Positions 1 to 12,314 are shown, counted from the first letter of the stretch. The stretch is 64,000 nt of DNA from Felis catus (GCF_018350175.1 NC_058374.1:81778001-81842000); one strand, 5' to 3'. Notes: generated by a model not told the origin, from the letters alone. Translations and numbers: made by a program.

Positions 1-238
1 TCAGAATAGAAGGAGAGATAGTTTCCCAGACAAAAATAAATAAATAAATAAATAACACTAAAGGAGTTCATGACCACTACACCAGTTCTGCAAGAAATAC
101 TAAAGGGGACACTGAGAGGAAAAGAAAGACCAAAAGCAACAAGGACTATAAAGGAACAAAGAAAACCTCCAGAAACAATGACAAAACAAATAACAAAATG
201 GCACTAAATTCGTATCTATCAATAATCCCTCTGAATGT

Positions 239-425
239 GGGAGCCCTGGGTGGCTCAGTTGGTTAAGTGTCTGCCTTCCTACGAGGTCTTGATCTCAACA
301 GTTTCTGAGTTCGAGCCCCACATTGGGCTCTCTGCTGTGCACAGTCCGCTTCGGCTTCAGATCCTCTACCCACCTCTCTACCTCTCCCCTGCTCTCTTTC
401 TCTCTCTCAAAAAAAAAAAAAAAAA
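239..425 (+). mobile_element. CanSINE inserted at the L1 ORF2 5' end
   Basis: tRNA-like head, CT tract, poly(A); imperfect TSD atc(c/a)ctctgaatg. Confidence 0.9.
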
Positions 426-1044
426 GATCACTCTGAATGCAAATGGACTAACTGCTCCAATCAAAAGACTTAGGGTCAGAGTAGATTAAAAAACAAGACC
501 CATCTATATGCTGCCTACAAGAGATTCATTTTAGATCTAAGGACACCTGCAGATTGAAAGGGAGGGGACAGAGAAACATTTATCATGCAAACAGATATAA
601 AAAGGAAACCAGGGTAGTCATATGTATATCACATAAACTAGATTATAAACCAAAGACTAACAAGAGATGACGCAGGGCACTATAATAAAGGGGTCTATCT
701 AACAAGAAGATCTAATGATTTTAAATATTTATGCTCCCAAATTGGAACACCCGAATATATAAACCAATTCATAACAAACATAAAGGAACTAATTGATAAT
801 AATACAATAATAGTAGAGGACTTTAATACCCCAATTACATCAATGGGCAGATCATCTAGATAGAAAATCAACAGGGAAAGAATGGCTTTGAACGACACAC
901 CAGACCAGATGGACTGAACACATATATTCAGAACATTTCATTCTAAAGCAGCAGAATATACATTCTCTTCAAGTGCACATGGGACATTGTCCAGAATAGA
1001 TCACATACTGGGTCGCAAATCAGGTCTCAATTAGTACAAAAAGA

Positions 1045-1110
1045 TATATATATATATATAATATATATATATATTATATAGTTATTATATATATATATTA
1101 TATATATAAT
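1045..1110. repeat. (TA)n low-complexity tract within L1
   Basis: Visible TA repeat. Confidence 0.9.
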
Positions 1111-1228
1111 ACCATGCATATTTTCAGACCACAATGCTGTGAAACTTGAAGTCAACCACAAGAAAGAAATTGGAAAGACCACAAATACATGGAGGTTAAA
1201 GAACATTCTACTAAAGAATAAAGGGGTC

Positions 1229-1600
1229 GGGGTGCCTGGCTGGCTCAGTCACTTGAATATCTGACTCTTTTGAGAGACAGAGACAGAGTGTGAGCAGGGG
1301 AGGGGCAGAGAGAGAGAGAAAGACACAGAATCTGAAGAGGCTCCAGGCTGAGCTTTCAGCACAGAGCCCGACACAGTGTTCAAACTCATAAGCCATGAGA
1401 TCATGACCTGAGCTGAAGTCGGATGCTTAACCGGCTGAGCCACCCAGGAGCCCTATATCTGACTCTTAATATTGGCTCAGGTCATGATTTCATAGTTCAT
1501 TAGATCAAGCCTCCATGCTGACAGAGCAGAGCTTCATTGGGATTCTCTCTCCCTCTTTCTCTGCTTCTCTGTCTCCCTCAAAATTAATAAATAATCTTTA
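1229..1600 (+). mobile_element. CanSINE (outer), split by a nested antisense SINE
   Basis: Head ggggtgcctggctggctcag at 1229; body resumes after 1467 (ggctcaggtcatg); tail ends near 1600. Confidence 0.85.
1270..1453 (-). mobile_element. SINEC_Fc-type SINE nested inside another SINE
   Basis: 13-bp TSD atatctgactctt at 1257-1269 and 1455-1467. Confidence 0.9.
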
Positions 1601-2381
1601 AAAGAATGAATGGGCCAGCCAAGAAATTAGAGAAGAAATGTTAAAAATAAATGGAAACAAATGAAAATGAAAACATGACAGGCCAAAACCTTTGAGATGC
1701 AGCAAAAGTGGTCCTAAGAGGGAAGTATATGGCAATACAGGTCTTCCTCAAGAAGGAGAAAAATCTCAAACAAGCAACCTAACCTTACACCTATGAGAGA
1801 TAGAAAATAAACAACCAATGAAGCCTGAAGCCAGCAGCTGAAAGGAAATAATAAATATTAAACCAGAAAAAAAGATATAGAAAAAAAATAGAACAAATCA
1901 ATGAAACCAAGAGCTGCTTCTTTGAAAAATTAATAAAACTGATAAACCTTTAGCCAGATTCATCCAAAAAAAGGACTGTAAAGAAAGTCACAAATGAAAG
2001 AGCAGAAATCACTACCAACAGAAATAGAAACAATTTTAAGAGAATATTATGAAAACTACATGCCAACAAAATGAACAACTTGAAAAAAATGGATAAATTC
2101 CTAAAAACGTATAAATTACCAAAAGTTCAACAAAAAGAAATAGAAAAGTTGACCAGACTGATAACCAGCAAAGAAATTGAATCAGTATTCCATTATCTCT
2201 CAACTAACTAAAGTCCAGAGCCAAATGGCTTCACAGATGAATTCTACAAAACATTTAAAGATGAGTAAATACCTATTTTTCTAAAATTATTCCAAAAACT
2301 AGAAATGGAAACAAAACTTCCAAATTTACTCTGTGAGGATTTTTCAGCCATATATTTGGCTTAAAGAAAATAAAAATCTGT

Positions 2382-3305
2382 ATGAGAAACCATACAATGA
2401 TTACAGAGTTTGTTCTCTTGGGCATCTCAGATGACCCAAAGCTTCAGGTTAACTTTATTTATGGCTTATGTATTAAATGTCACCAGAAACCTAACCACCA
2501 TTAACAGAATGTCACCTTGACAAAATGTCATCTCAAGATTACTATGTATTACTTCCTGAGGAATTTCTGCTTTTTAGAAATTACATTCACCAGTGTGTCT
2601 ATCCCCAGATTTGCGGGTACGATCATTACTAAAGTCAAGACATTGCCTATAACAATTATTTAGTTCAGCTATTTTACTTCACCTTCATGGATATGTCAGA
2701 GATTTTTCTTCTCAGGGCCACGTCTTTTGATCACTACATTGCCATCTGCAGTCCTCTTCATTTCACCACCATGAACAAGAAAATCTGCAAAAATTGGGTC
2801 TTTGGGTCATGGCTGGGAGAATTCCTTACCATTTTCCCACCACTCATGCTCATCCTCCAGCTAGATTTCTGTGCTGCCAATGTAATCGATCATTTCTCCT
2901 GTGACTATTTCCCCATTTTACAACTCTCGTGCTCAGATACATGGCTTTTAGAGATGATTGGCTTTTACTTTGCTTTTGTTACTCTCCTCTTCACGTTGGC
3001 ATTCGTGATTCTTTCCTACATGTGCATTCTTAGCACCATTCTGAGAATCCCGTCTGCTACTCAGAGGAAAAAGGCTTTCTCCACATGTTCCTCTCACTTG
3101 ATTGTCATTTCCATCTCTTATGGGAGTTGTATATCCATGTATGTCAAGCCTTCAGCAAAAGAAAGAGCATCACTGATCAAAGGGGTAGCTATTCTCAAAT
3201 CTCAATTGCCCCTATGTTGAACCTTTTTATACCCTGAGGAACCAGCAAGTAAAACAAACTTTCAAAAATTTGCTTCATAAAACAGTGTTCTCTAGAAACA
3301 AATGA
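2382..3305 (+). pseudogene. Olfactory receptor OR6C pseudogene (OR6C5-like)
   Basis: Starts [23 protein letters not shown]. Contains [17 protein letters not shown] and YTLRNQQVK, and ends ...SRNK-TGA at 3305. At least 5 frameshifts; MSYDRY decayed to TSFDHY. The 177-aa track ORF 2687-3220 is its middle portion. Confidence 0.95.
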
Positions 3306-4171
3306 AAGTATGTATTAACAAGAAAGGATGTTATTGGGAAGATCCACTAAAGGAAAAACAAAATTTTGACTTCTACAATATGCTCCCATATCCATCTCAC
3401 AGATACTTGCAAAGCTGTGCTCATTTGCTTAAGCTTTCTTGTACACTGAAAGTAACTATGTTGTGTCTTTCAAACTGTCTGTGGGTTCCATTTTCTCATT
3501 GATTTACAATTCTAAATAGAAATCCAGTGGCTATAAAATATAAATCATTTTCCTGATTGTTCTGAATAATAACTTTGTACATTATAATGGCTAAAGGAGT
3601 AAACACTGATTTCATCAACTTAGTCTTTTTTTGTTAATAATATCAGTTTCTTTTGTAAAGTTAAAAATATATGAAATTATGTGTAACAACCATATTTTTT
3701 GCACACTATCTTCAGTATCTGTCCAGTTCTTCTAACTCATTTAGTTGACTTGAGTGTTTATTTTACTACGTATGATTTGAACATCATATGTCTTCTGTTT
3801 TCCAGTTATCCTTCAGGCATGCATTATGTATCTTTTTTTAACATATTTTCCTTGTTTATCTGTATTATTTTTAAAAATATTTAACACATGAATATTTAGG
3901 CAATTATCACTAAACTTAAGCCACCAGGAAGTTTGATAAAATTTAATAAAATTTCTTCTATAGAGAACATTTATATTGTGCCATATGCTGAACTACGTAT
4001 GTCCTCAATCATATCATATTTAATCTTCACAGCTAGATAGTAAATTAGACTAATTATCTCTTTTTTTACAAGTGAGTAAATAGATGCTCAGAAAAGTTAT
4101 ATAAGTTGCCTGCGATCTTCTGCTATAACAGCCAATATCATAACTTGATTTGAAAAACAAAACAGACAAAA

Positions 4172-4308
4172 NNNNNNNNNNNNNNNNNNNNNNNNNNNNN
4201 NNNNNNNNNNNNNNNNNNNNNNNNNNNNNNNNNNNNNNNNNNNNNNNNNNNNNNNNNNNNNNNNNNNNNNNNNNNNNNNNNNNNNNNNNNNNNNNNNNNN
4301 NNNNNNNN
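4172..4308. other. Assembly gap
   Basis: N run. Confidence 1.
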
Positions 4309-4874
4309 TTTACTAAGGACCTACACAATCTTACTGGTGTTTTTCACTCACATTTTCTCATTTGGACATGATCATATTATTATAGTCTAGCCCATGTCGG
4401 TACTAACTCCTAATATTATACTTGGCATATAAATTAGAACATTAATCAAAATAAGAAATTCTTCAACTGCTGTTGCTAGTGTGAAATAGAATGATCAAGA
4501 AAAAATCTAAAGTATTAGCAGTATTACGATACCCAGACTTCTTATTAGAAGTTAGACTAAAAATAATGGAGTTAATGAATAGACTTAGTACAATGTAGTA
4601 GATTAGCAGTTTAAAAAATGGCATTGAGTAGAGATGCATTCAGTAGAGATCTGCATTAGGAATTGAGATATGTGGTTGCTAATCTCTAAAAAACAATGTC
4701 AAGGGAAAAAAATATTGGGGTTATAATTTACAACTGGAAATATCAAAAAGTAGAAAAACAAAATAGTATATTTTGTTTTATTATATCAATTAATTCATCC
4801 TCAGTTAAAAACAAGAAGTTACTATCTACGTGTGTTGCCAATTGGATATAGTCCATGTGGTATTGTGTTTAAGA

Positions 4875-5055
4875 AAACAGACTTTAATTTTAGGAAGTCT
4901 AAGATCATATTGGACACTTGCTAGCTGTGTGAATTGGTGGAAGGTATACAATCTGTATCAGCCTCAGTTCTTCATGTGGGAATGTAGAATCAGAGAATAA
5001 AAGTTTCATAGCTGTGTTTAAAGGACTAAATGAAATAAATAATAAAAGTCCTTAA
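4875..5055 (+). mobile_element. MIR relic
   Basis: Core-like cacttgctagctgtgtga...cctcagtt...ggactaaatgaaataa. Confidence 0.6.
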
Positions 5056-5239
5056 GTATCACTGAAATAAATAACGCCTTTGTGAAATCACAACTACCAT
5101 GAATATCCTTCCCAAAGGATATTTCCAACTAAAAAAATAAAATAAGTAAAGAGGCTATTCATGTATGTTAGTAAGTGTTACATAAAATATAGAGCATGTT
5201 AGTTATATTATTTCAATTAATTCTCAAAAACACTGTTGA

Positions 5240-5447
5240 GGGGTGCCTGGGTGGCTCAATTGGATGAGCGTCCCACTTCAGCTCAGATCATGATCTCACA
5301 GGTCCTGAGTTAAAGTGTCATGTCAGGCTCTGTGCTGAAGGCTCAGAGCCTGGAGCCTGCTTCAGATTCTGTGTCTCCCTCTCTCTCTGCCCCTCCCCCC
5401 TTCACACTCTGTCTCTCTCTCAAAAATAAATAAAAATTAAAAATTAA
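5240..5447 (+). mobile_element. CanSINE
   Basis: Head, CT tract, A-rich tail. Confidence 0.92.
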
Positions 5448-5727
5448 AACACTTGAAATTTCAACTCCACGTCAAACAAAGAAAACTGAAGCCGAAAACA
5501 ATCAAGTAACATCCAAAGTCACAAATTCTATTAAGTGGCTCATTTGCCTTTTCAGTCCATGTGTTCCTAATGGCAAAAGCCATACATGTTCTATAATAAA
5601 CTCACCCTATAATGTCCTAAGCACAAGTTTATAGTAAGTTTAAATGCCATAACTTTATTAACAATTTATTTACTTTTCCTTCCTTGTTCATATTTTAGAT
5701 AGCTAGTTAATAAACCAAAAGCATGAG

Positions 5728-5860
5728 CCCTGGGTGTCATATGTAAGACATGCATCACTGGGTTCTACGCCTGAAACCAAGACTACACTGTATGTTAACT
5801 AACTTGAAAATAAAAAAAAAAAAAAGAAAGAAAGAAAAGAAAAACAAACAAATAAATAAA
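5728..5860 (+). mobile_element. Very short 5'-truncated L1 3' end
   Basis: About 80 nt of L1 3' terminus plus A-tail; perfect 20-bp flanking repeat taataaaccaaaagcatgag. Confidence 0.9.
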
Positions 5861-7096
5861 TAATAAACCAAAAGCATGAGGTTATGTATTGATATTCAGC
5901 ATAAACTCCTACAGATATGATTATTACTATTTCTGAAAACATTATTAAATGTGATTTGGTGATCTCTCTTTCCCTTGATCTCTTACTATACACAACTGTA
6001 TGAATTCTAAAAACTGAATCTGCTCATCTTTAATGAAATGAATAAATGTAAAATATTCTGATTTCTCCAGGGAAATGGTCACTTAAAATAATTATGAAGA
6101 GACTAAAAGACATTTCTTATAATTCTTCCAACCACTCAGTGAAGTCCACTGTAGAGATTTTAATTCAGGCAGAGAAAATGTTTCACATGAACTCTAATTT
6201 GTCAAGAATGAATGAGCAGTACCAGAAGTGAATTTCAGTGTAACTACAAAGCTGAACCAGATGTTGCCCATAATTAACTGAATTAATTTCTTTTCCTTTT
6301 CTCTAATATATTAAGTGGAACATGAACAACTACTTTATTAAACAATTTAATAAAGGAAAAAGACACAGGGTTACATGATCAGTAAAGCAAATTGCTTGGG
6401 AGAAACTCTCTGAACATGATGTCATTTAATGAGCTTTAATGAAAGAAGAGATAAATGAGTAAATACATAAGATGCAAAAAAAACCACTTTCAATATTAAT
6501 GCATTACTAAGGGAGACTTCCACCCAACACAACAGAAAGAATTATTTAAAAAATTTTTATTTCATTTAAAACACCTGAGATGAAGTAGAACCACTCAAAA
6601 GGTCCTCTCTCAGACTGTCGAAGGGACATTATTTGGACTTTGATTCTCATGTATTTTTTTTTAAACAGAGTCATTTTCTTACCTTGAGCATCAGTGAAAT
6701 TGCCATTAACCAGTTTATCAGAGGGCCATTGCGAATATTTACTTGATGGTCAAGATTTAGGGAGGGCAGGATATCGAAATGCTTTAAGAACTAAAGCCAT
6801 GAAGATGCTTTCTAGCCTTATTTGCCAATGTTAAATGTTATTTTTAAATTTCAATTTTAAATATCTCAGTGAATCACAGGAATCCTTAAAAGGCACATCA
6901 AACTTAATTGTGATGAAAAGAATGGAAGGAAATGTGTATCTTAACAGAATAAGCCATTACACTTAACTGAATACAATTAAAATGTATACATTTAATGTAT
7001 ATTTTCATAAAAAGTATGTTATTTTTATTGTATTATTTAATGTACATTTAGTTGGTGAGATAACCACATGAAGTTAAATTATTCCAAGAGATTTTA

Positions 7097-7322
7097 TTTT
7101 TATTATTTTGTATTTAAACTTTTTTTTAATGCTTATTTATTTTTGAGACAGACAGAGAGAGTGTGCAAGTGGCGGGGAGGGGCAGAGAGAGGGAGACAGA
7201 GAATCCGATGCAGGCTCTACTCAGACAGCAGAGAGCCCGATGGGGGAATCAAACTCACCAACCATGAGGTCATGATCTGAGCTGAAGTCGGGCACTTAAC
7301 CAACTAAGCCACCCAGGCACCC
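7097..7322 (-). mobile_element. CanSINE
   Basis: TSD ttccaagagatttta. Confidence 0.93.
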
Positions 7323-7399
7323 TTCCAAGAGATTTTAAATGCTGTAACTGGACCAGACATACAAGTGGGATTTAATCTAACAACAACAACAACAACAAA

Positions 7400-8400
7400 A
7401 ATAGCTTAAAATATCTTAAACTGTTCCTAGGTAGGAATAATATTGTGGATGCTAGGGCTGTTATTCTAATACTGCTGTATGTGCAACATGAGGAAAAGAA
7501 GCAAATGAAAATTAACGTGATATTACTATTTTATCTAATGCTATTCATAGCCAGGGCTCTAATCATGAAATAAAGGAAACATAAATGTTTAACAGATAAA
7601 AGGCGGGGGGGGGGGGGCGAGCCTAAAAGTATTGTAGTCTTAAGTTTGAATGATACATTTAAATTACGCTCATAGACATTTTATTTGAAAATAAAATATA
7701 TGTGTTTGCTGGCCCTCTCCACTGAAAATACCTAGAAAGGATGATCGAACTCATAGTAATTATCACAGCTAGTGCCCAGATTCTTGACGTTCCTCATCAA
7801 TCCCAGATTTCCTAATCAATGGAAGGAGGACTCTTTAGAGAAATGACTCAGTCCAGTTCTAATACAAAAAAGTGTAGCATGAGCCTGGGAACACTTGTCA
7901 TCCAAGATGGGAAGGAAGGAATCAAAGAGGAAAAGTGTACTGCCCAAAAGGGAAGAGTTTTCCCTCAGCAGATGCACTCCAAAGAGATAGTGATCCCAAT
8001 TTAAATCTCTCTTGAAATGTTTAAGTCAATTTCTAATGTGACCCACAACAAAAGCAAAATTTATAAAGCCATGAATTCATAACAATACTCACAAAAAGAT
8101 ACTAGAAAACCAACCCTAACTACAGAATACATATAAAGTAGGCATTCACCTGGAAAATGACAGATTAAGAACAGAACCGTCTTGCAGTACATAATGAAAT
8201 AATGATCCAGCCATTGATAAACAAAGCCTGCTAAGAAAAAAAGAAGAAGAAGAAGAAGAAGACGACAATTAGACATGTATGTCCTGCTAAAAGTTTAAAT
8301 TCCATCTCTAGAGTAGTCTTACAAAAAAACGTTCCCAAACCTAAACCTGGATTGAGCCTCTAAATCTAACTAGCAACTAGAGGCAGTCATGAAGACGAGC
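7400..8400 (+). mobile_element. Ancient L1M(C)-like 3' UTR fragments
   Basis: Recalled similarity; shares motifs such as gcccagat(t)ctt with 54540-55740. Confidence 0.5.
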
Positions 8401-8519
8401 TTGCAATCAAGTGAAGCATGACTGCACATTGCCCTCTATAAATAATAATAGATTTTCTTGTTGCCTATTAGTTGGGCTTTTAGGGTAAAAACAAAATACC
8501 ATTTCATTACTGCAACAAA

Positions 8520-8983
8520 ACTGATCTATAAGATTACCATATTATATACTTGAAAGTTGCAGAGGGGCGCCTGGGTGGCTCAGTCAGTTAAGTGTCCGAC
8601 TTCGGCTCAGGTCATGATCTCACAGCTTATGAGTTCAAGCCCTGTGTGGGGCTCTGTGCTGACAGCTCAGAGCCTGGAGCCTGCTTCAGATTCTGTCTCT
8701 CTCTCTCTGTCCCTCCCCTACTCACGCTCTGTCTCTCTCTGTCTCTCAAAAATAAATAAACATTAAAAAAATTTTTTTAAATAAAGAGTTGCTGAGAGAG
8801 TAAACCTTAAATGTTCTCACCACAAAAAAAAAGGTAAATATATGAGTGATAGATGTGTTAAGTACGCCTATCCTGGTAATCATTTCATACATACAACTGT
8901 ATAAAGTCAAAACACTGTACCCTTAAACTTACACAGTGTTACATGTCAATTATATCTCAATAAAACTAAAAAAAAAAAAAAAA
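8520..8983 (+). mobile_element. L1MA-type 3' end interrupted by a SINE
   Basis: gagagtaaaccttaaatgttctcaccac...tgtcaattatatctcaataaa followed by poly(A). Confidence 0.8.
8564..8785 (+). mobile_element. SINEC_Fc-type SINE
   Basis: Full head-to-tail structure. Confidence 0.93.
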
Positions 8984-9319
8984 GTGATTTGGACCAGGGT
9001 ATCACTCTCTATGACATACAGCCACATCTGCAAAAATTCTCTTTTACTAAGTGCTCCTTTAACTAGGACAAATAAATGAAGTACACATGGTCATAAATTT
9101 GAGTTAGGCCTACCTATTTCTTCCATTTTTCTGCCTACTCTGTTTAATTCCCCTCTTCCAGTAAGTAATTCCCAAACAAATATGCATCCCAGCTGTGATT
9201 TAGTTCTGCACTAGTGACTGTATTATTTGATTATATAAAATCATTATGTATATTTTACATTAAATGCATGTTTTGTTATTTTATTTAGATATAAAACACA
9301 TTTAATATTAAGTAGCTAT

Positions 9320-9347
9320 GGGGCACCTGGGTGGCTCAGTTGGTTAA
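9320..9347 (+). mobile_element. Isolated CanSINE 5' head
   Basis: ggggcacctgggtggctcagttggttaa with no body. Confidence 0.75.
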
Positions 9348-9589
9348 TCAGTATAATAGCATTTTTTTTAATGTGAGTATGATATGTGCATCATAATAGT
9401 TATTATTTAATTAGAATTATGAAATGGCCTTACTTCTCAATGTCTCAACACTAACAAAGCCTAGGGATAAACAACAACAAAAAGGGTATATGTTGAAAAG
9501 TTCGTGTTTCCAGAAGCTTAAAAATAAATTAGATTCTGAGTTTTATTTTTGTAAGAAAGTCGGTTTCACAACTTATTACTCATGAAATA

Positions 9590-9805
9590 TTAGGTAATTG
9601 TGATTAATGGAAGTAATTATTTTATAGAAGACAACATTTCAGGTTCTCTGTGGGATATGAAGGTGAACATAACCATTCTCAAGGGAGATTCACCATAGAG
9701 AAGAGCTAAAAGGCTACTGAGAAATGCAAGGCTTCCAGAAATCCCTCATGGTCTCCCATATAGCACAGATCTGGCCTGGACTTGGCTTTGTTCCCAGGAG
9801 ATCAA
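9590..9805 (+). promoter_or_regulatory. Candidate promoter of the OR6C3-like gene
   Basis: Homeodomain cores TAATTG/TAATGG/TAATTA at about 9595-9619; O/E-like TCTCAAGGGA (9677) and TCCCAGGAGA (9792); downstream donor-like ca|gtaagt near 10596. Confidence 0.4.
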
Positions 9806-11308
9806 CGAACAACTTTCTTTTGAGGTCAAAACAAGTAGACTTGGAAAATTGGAGCTATGAGTGCAACCAGAGGGAAGCCAATTTTAAGAATCTGTCCTCA
9901 GAATCCAACGATGTTACATCCCTGTCATTTCTCTCTTTAAATATTGCTTTAAGTTTTTATATCAACATTATTGAAGAGGACTGTCATATTATTTCAATAT
10001 ATTTTTAAGCTTTCTGACATTGTATTTTTATTTCCTGAACTATTTCCTTTGAGTCATCAAAAATAGAGACAAAACAAATCAAATCTGATCAGAGTGAACT
10101 TTGCTGAAGTCTGGCAGAGAAGCAATGAGGTGCATTCTAATCTTCACAGCCCAAGTTTGACTATTTAAAATTTAAAGGAGTTAACTGTGATAATTTTACA
10201 AAACCAAATCTACAGCATAGCACAGCTGGGAATTAACTGAATAGGTTAGTACCAATGGTAGACATTCTTCTTTATGTTTCTGGAATATCCTTATTGGACC
10301 AGAGGTCTCACGTAAAAGATAAGTGTGAGGCAGAATTACAAGAGAATCAAACACTTTTTCATAAAGCTAAGAGCTCAGAAGGAAGATTCAAACAGAATAT
10401 AGAACCGACAGAGCTAGTAAGATCTGAGGCAACTAGTTACTTTCCCAGTTTGTGCCACAGTGTAATACACAAAATGGATAAATAATGCATGTCCCTTTAA
10501 GCTCAAAAGTAAAAATGTTTCTGTATGTACATTTCTAGCAAGTCACAGAAGATGTCAAACATTAATGATTTCAATGGAATTACAAGACAAACCAGTAAGT
10601 GAGTATGTTCTGTTAAATAAAATAATTAGGTTATTTATTCAATCATAGAGTAAATACATATGTATTATTACATAATATATAAATATAATGTTCTCACATA
10701 ATATTGATGACTACACCAAAAATATTAATGTAGAAGTAAATTAATAATTAGTAATTTATAACCTATTTTACTTGTTAAGAAAGTTATTAATTGATTATTT
10801 ATATCATACAAAGTATAATGGTTATTACTTTAACCATTCTAAATTTCACTTTTACCTTGTGATGGAATTAAGATTATCCATTTATGCTTCGAGGTAGTGG
10901 CATCCTTTAATAAATACTTGACAGAAAAGAAAGAAAATGCATATTTCTCTTAATTTTTCAAGAAGATTGTAATGATTTGCATAAATTGGACAAAGCAAAA
11001 AGTACTGGTTTTATTTACCATCTCTCAATGATGATAAATCATCACTCTCAATGATGTGAGTTACTGTATGAAGATTTTCAAACTTCTGGTACATTTCAAA
11101 TAAGAAAACTAGTAAATAAAGCAAAACTCACAAATGTGTATGAAAACTAAATGCAAACAAGAGAGTTCAATTGAAAATAAGATCAGCATGGATTATAGAA
11201 CATACTTTAGAATTGTATCGATGATGGTGATATTGATCATCATGAATTATATCTTTCATCTGCTCCCTTTAATACTCTTGCCACCTAAATATCTTTAAGA
11301 GAAAAAAA

Positions 11309-11334
11309 GGAGAGTGAGACAGACAGAGACAGAA

Positions 11335-11372
<38 letters not shown>

Positions 11373-11376
11373 AGAG
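11309..11376 (+). repeat. (GA)n/(GACA) purine microsatellite abutting the OR start codon
   Basis: Visible repeat ending 2-3 nt before ATG 11379. Confidence 0.9.
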
Positions 11377-11378
11377 AA

Positions 11379-12314
11379 ATGAACCACACAGTGATCACAG
11401 AGTTTGTCCTGCTTGGCCTTTCTGATGATCCTGACCTTCAGATTGTGATTTTCCTCTTCTTATTTATCACATACATATTAAGTGTCGCTGGAAACCTGAC
11501 TATCATCACTCTAACCTTGGTGGACCCTCATCTACAGACACCAATGTATTTCTTCCTCCGAAACTTCTCTTTCTTAGAAATCTCATTTACAACTGTCTGT
11601 ATTCCTAGATTTCTAGGAGCAATTATCACCAGGGATAAGACTATTTCCTTTAACAATTGTGCAGCCCAACTCTTTTTCTTTATTTTCATGGGGGTGACAG
11701 AATTTTACATTCTCACTGCCATGTCCTATGACCGCTACGTTGCCATCTGCAAGCCTCTGCATTACACCGCCATCATGAACAGGAAACTCTGCACCTGGCT
11801 TGTGCTCTGTGCGTGGCTGGGAGGGTTCCTGACCATTTTCCCACCCCTCATGCTTCTGCTCCAGCTGGATTACTGTGCTTCCAATGTCATTGATCACTTT
11901 GCATGTGACTATTTTCCCCTTTTACAACTGTCTTGTTCAGATACATGGTTTCTAGAAGTCATCGGTTTTTACTTTGCGTTGGTTGCTTTGCTATTCACTC
12001 TGGCATTGGTGATTTTATCTTACATGTATATTATCAGAACTATTTTGAGAATCCCATCTGCCAGTCAGAGAAAAAAGGCTTTCTCCACATGTTCCTCTCA
12101 TATGATTGTCATCTCCATCTCTTATGGAAGCTGTATATTCATGTACGCTAATCCCTCTGCAAAAGAAAGGGCATCATTGACCAAGGGAGTAGCTATTCTC
12201 AATACCTCTGTTGCCCCCATGCTGAACCCCTTCATTTACACTCTAAGAAACCAGCAAGTGAAGCAAGCCTTCAAAGATGTGGTCCATAAAGTAGTATTTT
12301 CTTCAAATAAATGA
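11379..12314 (+). CDS. OR6C3: Olfactory receptor 6C3-like, intact 7TM, 311 aa
   Basis: NHT sequon, [52 protein letters not shown]; close to recalled human OR6C3. Confidence 0.97.
   Translation: MNHTVITEFVLLGLSDDPDLQIVIFLFLFITYILSVAGNLTIITLTLVDPHLQTPMYFFLRNFSFLEISFTTVCIPRFLGAIITRDKTISFNNCAAQLFFFIFMGVTEFYILTAMSYDRYVAICKPLHYTAIMNRKLCTWLVLCAWLGGFLTIFPPLMLLLQLDYCASNVIDHFACDYFPLLQLSCSDTWFLEVIGFYFALVALLFTLALVILSYMYIIRTILRIPSASQRKKAFSTCSSHMIVISISYGSCIFMYANPSAKERASLTKGVAILNTSVAPMLNPFIYTLRNQQVKQAFKDVVHKVVFSSNK

Larger units (their letters stand above)
1..2340 (+). mobile_element. Carnivore LINE-1 fragment: ORF1 C-terminus, inter-ORF spacer, ORF2 endonuclease and linker; degraded, 3'-truncated, interrupted by SINEs
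   Basis: ORF1-like end (RIEGEI...KEFMTT...LQEILKG). ORF2 start MALNSYLSII.LN at 198, then NGLTAPIKR, DPSICCLQE, IYAP and SRIDHILG motifs, with stops and frameshifts. A-rich + strand. Confidence 0.93.
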
